Under the pieces are notes generated by a model, which was not told where the DNA came from, searched no databases, and saw nothing but the letters and a program-made list of their open reading frames with translations. From the IMG/VR virus record IMGVR_UViG_3300028373_000196: DNA of 64,000 nucleotides; one strand, 5' to 3'. The position numbers and the translations under genes were made by a program. The stretch comes from an uncultured virus (IMG/VR IMGVR_UViG_3300028373_000196). Lineage: Duplodnaviria; Heunggongvirae; Uroviricota; Caudoviricetes. The first letter of the stretch is position 1. Each line of letters starts with the position of its first letter. Shown one piece after another: positions 28,248 through 37,432 of this stretch.

Positions 28248-28512
28248 AAACACAGGCTGGCGACAACGAGAATTAGGCAAACTAATAAAATCACAAATTG
28301 ACGATACCAGTTATCAGCACCTTGTAAACAAAGGGGTGTGGCCAATAAACGGTATCCACAAAGGCAAAGAGATATCTGAGTTAACTGTTAGCTACTTGGA
28401 ATTTATTATTAGTAGATTTGACAAAACAAGTTATGCAAGACAAATAGCAATCAAAGAACTCGCTCAAAGGCAAAAAAAAAATAATTTTTTAGGCAAACAT
28501 CACAGTACATAA
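28231..28512 (+). CDS. Hypothetical protein
   Basis: 93 aa overlapping the GIY-YIG stop; WPINGIHKGKEISELTVSYLEFI resembles the small FGK(H/Y)KG..YLxW domain. Confidence 0.5.
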   Translation: MPKKSKNTGWRQRELGKLIKSQIDDTSYQHLVNKGVWPINGIHKGKEISELTVSYLEFIISRFDKTSYARQIAIKELAQRQKKNNFLGKHHST

Positions 28513-28930
28513 GGTTGGCGGGCCAGATTATAAATTCTCCGCTGTGGAAAAGGTTACCGTATAGGAACACACGTAACATACTGATCAACTCCCCAGAGGG
28601 AGGAAGCCACCAAACAAATTGGGCTCACCGGTTGGTATAAATTGTTTACTGTCAATTGAAAAACACAACATAGTTCATAAAAACTCCTTAGCAATCGGAA
28701 CGAAGCGGGAGGTAGTGCTGTGTATCTTATATTGTATATTATCTTTAGTATATGATGTTATGTACATGGCGCAATGTCGACGTAGGTTGGGAAAGGTCAG
28801 AGCCCAATGAACTTGTGTATAATAAATACCTATTTCCAAAGTCTATGGCTGGATATAACTCACATGAAGTAAATCTTTTAGACGACGGGGCCACACAAAG
28901 GTTCCGTCTGACCGAAACAATCTACATGAA
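28513..28930 (+). ncRNA. Candidate large structured non-coding RNA
   Basis: No credible ORF; many hand-found helices including long-range ATTGGGCTC (28618-26)/GAGCCCAAT (28800-08) and GGTCAG (28795-800)/CTGACC (28908-13). Boundaries approximate. Confidence 0.55.
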
Positions 28931-29024
28931 TATCTAGTGTTAATAGACGTTCACTATATGTATATTATAACTTTAAGCTTTTGTTATAAGAGATTGAAAC
29001 GTGATTGAGCGACAGCGAAAGAAC

Positions 29025-29044
29025 AGATGAACGTTAGTTCATCT
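29025..29044. promoter_or_regulatory. Perfect hairpin AGATGAAC-gtta-GTTCATCT upstream of a TATAAATA late promoter (29051-29058)
   Basis: 8-bp inverted repeat read directly. Confidence 0.5.
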
Positions 29045-29084
29045 AATAAGTATAAATAATATTAATGTAGTTAAGGATATGTAA

Positions 29085-29807
29085 ATGCAAGTGTACACTG
29101 TTATATGCGAGAATAATGATCTAGTTGAATTGAATTTAGGACTGACCAAGCAGGGTCGTAATTTGAAGAGAGCTGACAAAGCAACTAGAGGATCATTGAA
29201 AGATGAAGTTCAGTCCATGGAAGTTGAATTATTAACTTACATGAAGAACTCAGGAAACAAAACTGCCACACCGTCACTTGTAAAAAATTATTTAAATCAA
29301 AAAGGTCTTGGGACAGTTGGTAACCCAATTGTAGATGCTGCTGCTGATAAAGCTGCTGGACCTGGGGCTGTCGGAATGGACAATCCTCGCCAAGAGCCAC
29401 CGTTGTCCGGTGGAGGTGCCCCTACTGGTGACACCAGTGCTCCTGCCCCCGGGAGTCCTGCTGCTGCTGAGCCACGCGAACGTGGATCGGTGGCAAAAAC
29501 TGCCGACGGATCTGAATTCAAATGGTTGGGTAATCAATGGAGAGATTCAAGGACTGGTCGAATGGCAAGTAAAGCACAAAAAGCAGAATTAAATAATTCT
29601 TCACCAACTGAAAGTATTTCTGAGGCAGAAGAAGAACCGTCACTGTCCAAAAGACAGATTAGAGGCATACTCAAGCAAGTAATCACCAAAGCTTATGGAG
29701 ACCAAGCAGGCTTCAGCAAAAGCAAGTTCGCCAGCAGTGCAGGCAGCGACGATACTGCTGCAATGATTGATAAATTAAAAGCACAGGGTTACAAAGTAAC
29801 CAAGTAA
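29085..29807 (+). CDS. Hypothetical late protein
   Basis: 240 aa, preceded by TATAAATA and SD AAGGA. Confidence 0.7.
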   Translation: MQVYTVICENNDLVELNLGLTKQGRNLKRADKATRGSLKDEVQSMEVELLTYMKNSGNKTATPSLVKNYLNQKGLGTVGNPIVDAAADKAAGPGAVGMDNPRQEPPLSGGGAPTGDTSAPAPGSPAAAEPRERGSVAKTADGSEFKWLGNQWRDSRTGRMASKAQKAELNNSSPTESISEAEEEPSLSKRQIRGILKQVITKAYGDQAGFSKSKFASSAGSDDTAAMIDKLKAQGYKVTK

Positions 29808-30035
29808 TTACCAGAACGGTTGCTTGGTTGCCTTTGCTGTTTCTAGATTCTCTTTGATTAATTTATAAATAATTTCTCTATCTTCGACGCACATTTCGTA
29901 GGCTTCAGTTAGGCTCACACTGCCTCTCATAAACCAGCAAAGCTTGGATAAATCAAATTTTAATTGTTTGCATTGGCTTTCAAGGACCTCAACCTCCTCT
30001 AATATCTTTTCAAGAGGCCAGGTTAAGATCCTCAT
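29808..30035 (-). CDS. gp51-like baseplate hub/tail assembly protein, possibly made as a -1 frameshift extension of the upstream ORF
   Basis: 75 aa, LCWFMRGSVSLTEAYEMCVEDREII...PFW; ATGA overlap, no obvious SD. Confidence 0.6.
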   Translation of the reverse strand: MRILTWPLEKILEEVEVLESQCKQLKFDLSKLCWFMRGSVSLTEAYEMCVEDREIIYKLIKENLETAKATKQPFW

Positions 30036-30889
30036 GCGAAAAAATTTGTTTGGTCAAACGTTATTGGAACTTCAAATGTGTCGGGCGCGCCCTTTTCTCT
30101 ATCTTCGTCTGTTGTTGTAATTATTTGTGGCCTAACAGAAAACTTAACTTTCTCTTGGTCAATCCTGTCGATGATTGATTTAAACACTTCTTTCTCGGTG
30201 TTTTCAAAAAATTCAGTGATAAATTCGGGATCAGTAACAGCTTCTTCTTGATCGTATGTAACAGATGCAACTGTTTTTGCAAGTTGTCTGATGTTGATGT
30301 CTGTTAATTTGTCAAAACTCTTTGTAAACATTTCTAATTTTTGTACATCGTCGAGATCTCTGTCGTTGATTGTTTTAAAAATTCTTTGTTCTTCAAATGT
30401 TTTCATTGCTGTTTCAGTATACGATTTATAGTTAAGTGGACGAAGTTCAAAAGTATACGGGCCAAACACTACTATATTATCATATTCGTTGGCTGACAAT
30501 GTGTCCAACATCACTCTTAGATCAACTGAGAACCCTTTTTCTTCATTGGTCTGTGGAATCTTAATTTCAAGATCCATCATTTCTCCATATGTTGCAATGC
30601 GAATAGCAATTAGTATTGCATCGATGTCGATGCTTGGAACACTCCACGCATCTTTTATACTAGGAAAACAACTTTGAATAACACTCACTGTTGCCTGACC
30701 ATTTAGCAATGCATCTGGAGTTTTAAACATCAATTCGTCCTTGGCTGTCATTGCTAGCACTGGGAATTGATGGTTGTCAGGAATGTTAATTGCACCGTTG
30801 GGATAGTACTGTCCTCGACTGGGTAATTCTACAAAAAGTTTGGGCTGTCTAAAATGTTTTGACAGTGGGTTCGGTGATGCGTGATCCAT
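30032..30889 (-). CDS. Baseplate hub assembly chaperone, gp26-like
   Basis: NPLSKHFRQP...LPSRG...MTAKDELMFKTPDALLNG...DAILIAIRIATYG; likely start ATG at 30889 (SD GGAG). Confidence 0.75.
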   Translation of the reverse strand: MDHASPNPLSKHFRQPKLFVELPSRGQYYPNGAINIPDNHQFPVLAMTAKDELMFKTPDALLNGQATVSVIQSCFPSIKDAWSVPSIDIDAILIAIRIATYGEMMDLEIKIPQTNEEKGFSVDLRVMLDTLSANEYDNIVVFGPYTFELRPLNYKSYTETAMKTFEEQRIFKTINDRDLDDVQKLEMFTKSFDKLTDINIRQLAKTVASVTYDQEEAVTDPEFITEFFENTEKEVFKSIIDRIDQEKVKFSVRPQIITTTDEDREKGAPDTFEVPITFDQTNFFA

Positions 30890-30968
30890 ATATTTTCTCC
30901 GGCTAAATAATACTAACACTATATATCGATATATGTTATACACGTATTTAACCAGGATGATCTAGCCC

Positions 30969-33428
30969 GTGGATGAAGTTGAAATTAAAAATGTAGGCGG
31001 CCGAGGAGTCGCCAGTGAAGCAACATTACTACAACTAATAGATGCAGTCAAAGGTACCACCGGCGGATCTGGCAACAGTGATGCGCAGAGATTAAGAGAC
31101 CTTTATAATAGATCCACAGCAGCCGCTACCAAAGAGCAAAGCAAATTTGTCAAAGGCATAAAAGCAGGTACTGGTGCAGTTGGTACATTTGCTGACAAGC
31201 TGCTGATAACTGGTAACAGACTTGGCGACTTTTCTGAAATGTTGTTGGGCAGTGGCAAAATAACTCTCTTTGTAAACTTTGTTGACAAAACAATCGATCA
31301 GTTTAGAGAACTGAGTTCAGTGGGCGGAAGTTTTAACAACAGCTTGTCTGATATGGTAAGAACCAGCCTTGACGCAGCAATGAACTTGGACGAATTTGTT
31401 GGAATGGTAAGAAGCAACAGTACTGAACTTGCTAAGTTCGGTGGTAGTGTAACCTCTGGTGCAAAACTTGTCGGAGAGTTTAGTAGAGACATTCGGATGG
31501 GCATCGGTCAGCGTTTCTTTGAAATGGGCATGACCATGGAAAGTGTCAATGAATCGCTGATTGGATACATGACATTAGAAACCATGCGAGGAAAAAGAAA
31601 CATCAGAAGCGATGCAGAATCGCAAGCAGGCGCAGCTGAATACATCATGCAACTGGACAAGCTTGCTAAACTAACTGGCAAGCAACGCGAAGCATTAATG
31701 GATTCTCAGGCAGCATTACAAACTGACGGCCAGGTGCGCAATCAAATTGCAAGAGTAGAAGAGAGGCTAGGCGCAGCAAAAGCTGAAGAACTTAGAGCAA
31801 TTTATACTTTACAGGATAATGCACTTCCTGGCTTCCACAAGTCGTTGTTGGATCTCAGCGACGGAGTCGCACAATCCGATCTAGGCCGGGCATTGCAAAA
31901 CGCAGTTCCTGGAATAACACAATTCATGCAACGAGTCGGTGCCGGATCGGTTAGCCAAGAAGAGTATGTAGATTTTATGGCTAATAATGTTCAGCCACAT
32001 TTGCAACAATTTGCACGACAAATGCCTGACGCAACATTGCAGGTACTTAGAGGAATGGGCGGCGTGCAAGGAGCAATGGCGCAAATGGTTGACGATACAT
32101 ATCAACTAAACAACATGGTAAACCTAAACTCTGAAGAAGCAGCGGCTGAACAGGAGAAGAGAAACAGAATAACAGGCACACTTGGCAAGTTTGAACAAGC
32201 ATTAGCAGCATTTAGATCTTTCTTGTTTACTACTTTCCTCGACAGTGAGTTTGCAACTGAGCTTGGAAGAATTGGTCAAGAAATGATGGATACATTTGGC
32301 GAAGGGGGTGGACCATTTTCTATGATGAAAACTACTATTTCTAATACTATGAGATATTTATTTGGCGAAACAGGCATATTTACTATTGGCTTAACAAAGT
32401 TAGCTAACTTTGTTAAGTCAGATAAATTCCAAGGAGTACTCGAAGGTGCCGGAATAGCGTTTGGTGTAATTACCGAATGGGGCAAAAACTTTATTGAAAA
32501 TGTAGGCGAAGACGGGTTATGGATTGCGTTGCTTGAGGAAGTTGGTGATTTTGGTAGTATGATGTCTGGCGTATTTACTAGATTGTTTGAAAATGCAGAG
32601 TTGCGAAACTCTATTAGTACTGCATTTGTAAATGTTTCTGAATATATTATTCAAAAAATAACTGATCTCTGGGAAGGTTCCGAGGTGCAAGGCATGCTGG
32701 ATTCTATGAGATTATTTTTAGAAGATCAAATAATTAATTTATTTGACACACTTAACAATGGCTTCGCCGGACTGTTTATCAACGATAGAGCTCTAGAACA
32801 ACGCAGAGAAGACCAATCAGTGCAAAGGGAATTCGGCGGCGATGAAAACCGAGATTCCCTTCGCAACGAAATCTCAAGGATGCAAGCAGAAGTTGCTCGA
32901 CTTTCAGGCCCCGAAAACACTAATCAGCTGGGCATGTATCGAGATCCTGAAGCGCTTTGGGCTGCTGAGAATCGACTAAGTGTGCTGGAAAGCCTGCAAC
33001 AATATTCGCAAGGCACAGACGGATTTGAACAATTTGGCGGCGGCACACCGGTTATGTTGCACGGATCAGAAGCAGTTGTTCCAAGAAATTCGCCTGCTGG
33101 TGAAATGTTAGCAAGTTTCTTTGACCAACAAAACAGTACAAACGGTTTTCAGAGCCCTAGTAGGTCAACACCGGCTGTAATGCACAACATTGCAACTTCT
33201 GATACTGACATAGAAGATGTAGTAGAAAAGCTGTTGTCACAGCAGACAAAAATGATTTCTACAGACTCTGGTAATAACCAAACTGGCGTAATAACTGCAC
33301 TAAATGAGCTAAATAGTAACATATTAAGATTGCTGGGAGCAACACAACAAGGTGTTGCAGTTCAGGAAAGAACAAGAAAAGGCCTACGCGGACTAGGAAC
33401 AGATATGTTCAAGGGTGCAGGCTTGTGA
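30969..33428 (+). CDS. Tape measure-like protein
   Basis: 819 aa, helical and Ala/Gly/Leu-rich; C-terminal GTPVMLHGSEAVVP motif; divergent from the gp26-like gene. Confidence 0.65.
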   Translation: MDEVEIKNVGGRGVASEATLLQLIDAVKGTTGGSGNSDAQRLRDLYNRSTAAATKEQSKFVKGIKAGTGAVGTFADKLLITGNRLGDFSEMLLGSGKITLFVNFVDKTIDQFRELSSVGGSFNNSLSDMVRTSLDAAMNLDEFVGMVRSNSTELAKFGGSVTSGAKLVGEFSRDIRMGIGQRFFEMGMTMESVNESLIGYMTLETMRGKRNIRSDAESQAGAAEYIMQLDKLAKLTGKQREALMDSQAALQTDGQVRNQIARVEERLGAAKAEELRAIYTLQDNALPGFHKSLLDLSDGVAQSDLGRALQNAVPGITQFMQRVGAGSVSQEEYVDFMANNVQPHLQQFARQMPDATLQVLRGMGGVQGAMAQMVDDTYQLNNMVNLNSEEAAAEQEKRNRITGTLGKFEQALAAFRSFLFTTFLDSEFATELGRIGQEMMDTFGEGGGPFSMMKTTISNTMRYLFGETGIFTIGLTKLANFVKSDKFQGVLEGAGIAFGVITEWGKNFIENVGEDGLWIALLEEVGDFGSMMSGVFTRLFENAELRNSISTAFVNVSEYIIQKITDLWEGSEVQGMLDSMRLFLEDQIINLFDTLNNGFAGLFINDRALEQRREDQSVQREFGGDENRDSLRNEISRMQAEVARLSGPENTNQLGMYRDPEALWAAENRLSVLESLQQYSQGTDGFEQFGGGTPVMLHGSEAVVPRNSPAGEMLASFFDQQNSTNGFQSPSRSTPAVMHNIATSDTDIEDVVEKLLSQQTKMISTDSGNNQTGVITALNELNSNILRLLGATQQGVAVQERTRKGLRGLGTDMFKGAGL

Positions 33429-33452
33429 TTAGAAAAATTAAGGTAATATAAA

Positions 33453-36347
33453 ATGTCGTGGAAAAAATACTTCTCGCCTGTTCCGACAAGCATGAATCAG
33501 GGAGGCAGCTATAGTCCTTTTAGTTTCTCAAAAGGACAAGGGCTCGGTCCTGCTGCCTCTAATTATAGTTCACATCTTCCAGACGTTTATGTTGGCAATC
33601 CAAACCGTGTTGAACGCTACGGACAATACAACACCATGGACAGTGATTCTGAAATAAATGCAGCATTGGACATCCTTGCTGAGTTTTGCACTCAAAAGAA
33701 CAAAGAAAACAACACACCATTTAAAATTGAATACAATGGCGCGCCTACTAACAGCGAAGTGCAAATTCTAAGTCAGTATCTTCACCGGTGGGCAAAATTA
33801 CAAGAATTTGAAACTCGTATGTTTAGAATTATTAGAAATATTTTCAAGTATGGTGACCAATTTTTCCTAAGAGACCCTGAAACCAAAAAGTGGTTCCATG
33901 TTGATCCTGCTAACTTGAGTAAAATTATTGTAAACGAAAGTGAAGGCAAGCGTCCAGAGCAATACATGGTTAAGGATATAAACATATCATTTGAAAGCTT
34001 GTCGGCGACCAAGCTAAACACCACTAATGCATACGGACCAAACGGCGCAGGAGGCATGGGCGGACCGTCTATGGGCAGCGGCGGAGGCGCACCCGGAAGT
34101 ACACCAGATTTGAACACAAGTAGATTCTCAAACGAATCGAACGAGACAGCAGTTGATGCAGAACATGTTATACACATGTCTCTTAGCGAAGGAATGGATC
34201 AAAACTATCCGTTTGGCAACAGTTTGCTGGAAAGCATCTTCAAAGTTTACAAGCAAAAAGAATTACTAGAGGATGCAATCATCATCTACCGCGTTCAGCG
34301 TGCGCCAGAGCGCAGAGTATTTTATGTAGACGTTGGCAACATGCCAAGTCACCTTGCTATGCAGTTTGTGGAAAGAGTAAAAACAGAAATTCACCAAAGA
34401 CGAATTCCATCGAAGACAGGCGGAGGTCAAACTGTTATTGATAGTTCATACAATCCGTTGTCTATCAATGAGGATTATTTCTTCCCCCAGACCTGCCTTT
34501 CATTAGAAACACCAATACCGTTATTAGACGGAAGGACGCTAACGTTAGATGAAATAATTTTAGAATATAAAAATGGCAAGCGTAATTGGACTTATGGGTT
34601 GAGCAACATTACTCATGAAATGGAATCAGCTGAAATCAAGTGGGCTGGTATCACTCGTAAAAATGCTAAAGTTTTAAAGATAACACTGGACAACGGTGAA
34701 ACCATCACCTCTACGCCTGATCATAGGTTCATTATGCGCGACGGTAGAGAAGTAGAAGCTCAGCATCTTTTAATCAATGACAGCTTAATGCCGCTAGAAT
34801 TGCGCGATGGATATTCTGGTCCAAAACAAAAAAATAAAAAATACACAAGGTACCGTAGTAACAACGAAGGAAGTATTAAGTTTGTTCATGCTACTGTGGC
34901 AAACAAGCAGCCGGGAAAAGATACTCAAGTTCACCATGTTGACTTTAACAGCAAAAACAATAATCCGACTAATTTACAAGTACTGTTAACTGCGGATCAT
35001 ATTGAATTACATAGGAATGCAGGTTCATACAGCATTAATAAGCAGTGGAGTAATCCAGAATCTCGACAAAAGTTATTAGACGGAATGAAGAACTTGTATG
35101 CCAATTCGGATAGTTGCTTTATGGAAAAAATCAGTAAGCGCAATCAAAAAAATGCGTTAGCTGGATGGTCTAAAATTTCAAGAGAATCAAGACAGTCTGT
35201 TTACAAGTCATTACAATTATCAAGAAACAAAAACTCAGCTGCTAAGACAATAAACTTCTCAATAAACATGTTTAATAAAATGAAGGAAGCATTTGATACT
35301 GGCAATGATAGTATTTCTAAGTTATCAGTGCATCTTCAAAATAACGAGGAATTTCAACAATCATTCAAAGATGCAAATACAAATTTAAAGAGAGACAAAA
35401 ATAAAAGCAGCAACTTACAGGTTACTGATACTACTCTTAACAAGATTGTAGGAGTAGTAGGATATAGAACATTTGGCGATTGGAAAAAAGATTATACTGG
35501 TCAGCATAGTAAGTTCTCTAACAAACAAAATCACAAAGTTGCGGCTATTGAATGGTTAACTGAAACTATGGACACTGGAGATATTACTGTTTTAAGTGAC
35601 AGTAACAGCCATTGGTTTGGACTAGCAGCTGGAATATATGTTCACAACAGTGAAGGTAGAGGATCAAAAGTTGAAACACTTCCGGGCGGTACCAACCTTG
35701 GAGAGATTGACGACTTAAGATACTTTACCAACAAATTGTTACGCGGTCTTCGTATTCCCAGTTCGTACCTTCCAACCGGTGCCGATGATAGTGCAAGCCA
35801 ATTCAATGACGGACGTGTTGGTACTGCTTACATTCAAGAGCTACGCTTCAACAACTATTGTGAACGACTACAGAGCCTTGTTGCCGAAGTGTTTAACAAA
35901 GAATTTAAACTTTATCTAAGTCAAAAAGGCATCAACATCGATGTTGCAATGTTTGATCTGAAATTACAGCCACCGCAAAACTTTGCAAGCTATCGACAAG
36001 CAGAACTTGACAGCAATAGAATTTCAACTTTCTCATCTATGCAAGCTGTTCCGTTTATTGCCAACCGTTTTGCGTTAGAGAGATTTTTAGGATTGTCCAA
36101 GGAAGAAATTGCCACCAACGAAAAGCTTTGGAGAGAAGAAAACGAAGATGAGTTTGAAACAGGCGAGCAAGATGCAAGCTCTCAAATGAGAGATGCTGGC
36201 ATTACAGGCGCAGATATTAGTGCAGACATGGGTGCAGCAGATGGACCAGACTCTGATATAGACTTAGATGATACAACCGGTGACGCAAGTGCATCGCCTG
36301 GAGCATCTGCAGATACACAAGGCGGCAATGCGCCGTTTGGGTCATAA
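33453..36347 (+). CDS. gp20: Portal protein containing an intein
   Basis: LLEDAIIIYRVQRAPERRVFYVDVGNMP, EDYFFPQT and EGRGSKVETLPGG motifs. Confidence 0.95.
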   Translation: MSWKKYFSPVPTSMNQGGSYSPFSFSKGQGLGPAASNYSSHLPDVYVGNPNRVERYGQYNTMDSDSEINAALDILAEFCTQKNKENNTPFKIEYNGAPTNSEVQILSQYLHRWAKLQEFETRMFRIIRNIFKYGDQFFLRDPETKKWFHVDPANLSKIIVNESEGKRPEQYMVKDINISFESLSATKLNTTNAYGPNGAGGMGGPSMGSGGGAPGSTPDLNTSRFSNESNETAVDAEHVIHMSLSEGMDQNYPFGNSLLESIFKVYKQKELLEDAIIIYRVQRAPERRVFYVDVGNMPSHLAMQFVERVKTEIHQRRIPSKTGGGQTVIDSSYNPLSINEDYFFPQTCLSLETPIPLLDGRTLTLDEIILEYKNGKRNWTYGLSNITHEMESAEIKWAGITRKNAKVLKITLDNGETITSTPDHRFIMRDGREVEAQHLLINDSLMPLELRDGYSGPKQKNKKYTRYRSNNEGSIKFVHATVANKQPGKDTQVHHVDFNSKNNNPTNLQVLLTADHIELHRNAGSYSINKQWSNPESRQKLLDGMKNLYANSDSCFMEKISKRNQKNALAGWSKISRESRQSVYKSLQLSRNKNSAAKTINFSINMFNKMKEAFDTGNDSISKLSVHLQNNEEFQQSFKDANTNLKRDKNKSSNLQVTDTTLNKIVGVVGYRTFGDWKKDYTGQHSKFSNKQNHKVAAIEWLTETMDTGDITVLSDSNSHWFGLAAGIYVHNSEGRGSKVETLPGGTNLGEIDDLRYFTNKLLRGLRIPSSYLPTGADDSASQFNDGRVGTAYIQELRFNNYCERLQSLVAEVFNKEFKLYLSQKGINIDVAMFDLKLQPPQNFASYRQAELDSNRISTFSSMQAVPFIANRFALERFLGLSKEEIATNEKLWREENEDEFETGEQDASSQMRDAGITGADISADMGAADGPDSDIDLDDTTGDASASPGASADTQGGNAPFGS
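34494..35648 (+). mobile_element. Cis intein (385 aa) with an HNH endonuclease, in the portal gene
   Basis: CLSLETPIPLLDG...STPDHRF...HHVDFNSKNNNPTNL...H...GIYVHN|S. Confidence 0.92.
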
Positions 36348-36355
36348 ATAATAGT

Positions 36356-36607
36356 ATGATAATACGTGAATTATATTACTTTGACAAAGAGACAATGGAG
36401 CCCGTTGACGACGAACGTTATGACGCAGGCGAAGACGATTCCATTATGGACATTGATGACTTGCGCAAAACGAGACTTACCTTAAAAGACATAAACAAGG
36501 CCCGGCGCGCAGACGACATGCATAGAAAAGAAGCTAATAAAGACTTGGATCACATTAAAGCAATGTACGGCATTGCTGCGCAGATGCAAGAGCAACCTCC
36601 AATGTAA
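36356..36607 (+). CDS. Small conserved-looking head-region protein
   Basis: 83 aa, RKTRLTLKDINKAR; ATG 5 nt after TAAATA. Confidence 0.65.
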   Translation: MIIRELYYFDKETMEPVDDERYDAGEDDSIMDIDDLRKTRLTLKDINKARRADDMHRKEANKDLDHIKAMYGIAAQMQEQPPM

Positions 36608-36617
36608 GGAGATTCTT

Positions 36618-37334
36618 TTGACCAAAGATCTTTTACCAAACGAAACAACACAACAACGTAAAAACAGGAAGCGTGACGAAAAAGCTGTAATCCGTGAACA
36701 AAACTTAATTGTTGAAAAAATAATTCCAACAACCACATACACTAGTGTTGCATTTGTGTTAGGCAACGGGGTTAGTCGACAGAGTATCAATCCATTTGAC
36801 CTTGGAATTCATGGAATTACATATGGCTGCAACGCACTGTATAGAGAATTTTCGCCCGACTACCTGATTGCAGTTGATACTAAGATGGTTAGAGAAATTG
36901 CAACTGCTGGGTATCACAAACTACATTCTGTGTGGACTAATACAAACAAATACTCAAAAGAGATTGTAGGATTAAATTTATTTGACCCGAACTTAGGATG
37001 GAGCAGCGGCCCAAGTGCATTAAATTTAGCAAGCACCCACGAAAATAAAACAATTTATATTTTAGGATTTGATTACAAAGGTATTGGAAACAAAAATGAA
37101 TTAGTGAACAACGTGTACTCGGGATCGGCTAACTATAAAAATGTCAACGACAGAGCAACTTACTTTGGAAACTGGCAAAAACAAACAACAAGTTGCATTA
37201 AAAGAAATACAACGGTTAAATACATACGTGTAATTGAAACAGCAACTTCATTTATACCCGACACGTTAATAGGAATACCTAATCTTACTCATATAACAGT
37301 TGAAAATTTTAAGAAGAGATTTAGACTAGTATAA
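36618..37334 (+). CDS. MptE/DUF115-like (glycosyltransferase-related) Rossmann-fold protein
   Basis: AFVLGNGVSR...YGCNALYREFSPDYLIAVD...WSSGPSAL...IYILGFD; likely TTG start at 36618 after AAGGAG. Confidence 0.55.
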   Translation: MTKDLLPNETTQQRKNRKRDEKAVIREQNLIVEKIIPTTTYTSVAFVLGNGVSRQSINPFDLGIHGITYGCNALYREFSPDYLIAVDTKMVREIATAGYHKLHSVWTNTNKYSKEIVGLNLFDPNLGWSSGPSALNLASTHENKTIYILGFDYKGIGNKNELVNNVYSGSANYKNVNDRATYFGNWQKQTTSCIKRNTTVKYIRVIETATSFIPDTLIGIPNLTHITVENFKKRFRLV

Positions 37335-37346
37335 GGTAAATAAATG

Positions 37347-37384
37347 AATGGGCTCGTTTGGGCCCATTTCGGCATACTTTTTTT
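37347..37384 (+). terminator. Possible intrinsic terminator
   Basis: AATGGGCTC/GGGCCCATT stem followed, after a gap, by a T run. Confidence 0.4.
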
Positions 37385-37432
37385 AATTGTATGTAAATAC
37401 AATTGACAGCCTTGGACATACAGGAGAACAAC

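Noticed and set aside
28513..28930. tmRNA, RNase P RNA, tRNA or group I/II intron identity for the non-coding tract
   Set aside because: No T-arm/CCA end, no GAGGAAAGUCC, no group I R/S elements or group II domain V recognised; left as an unassigned candidate.
28619..28937. Two short ORFs (63 and 61 aa)
   Set aside because: No SD or recognisable motifs, and they overlap the predicted RNA helices.
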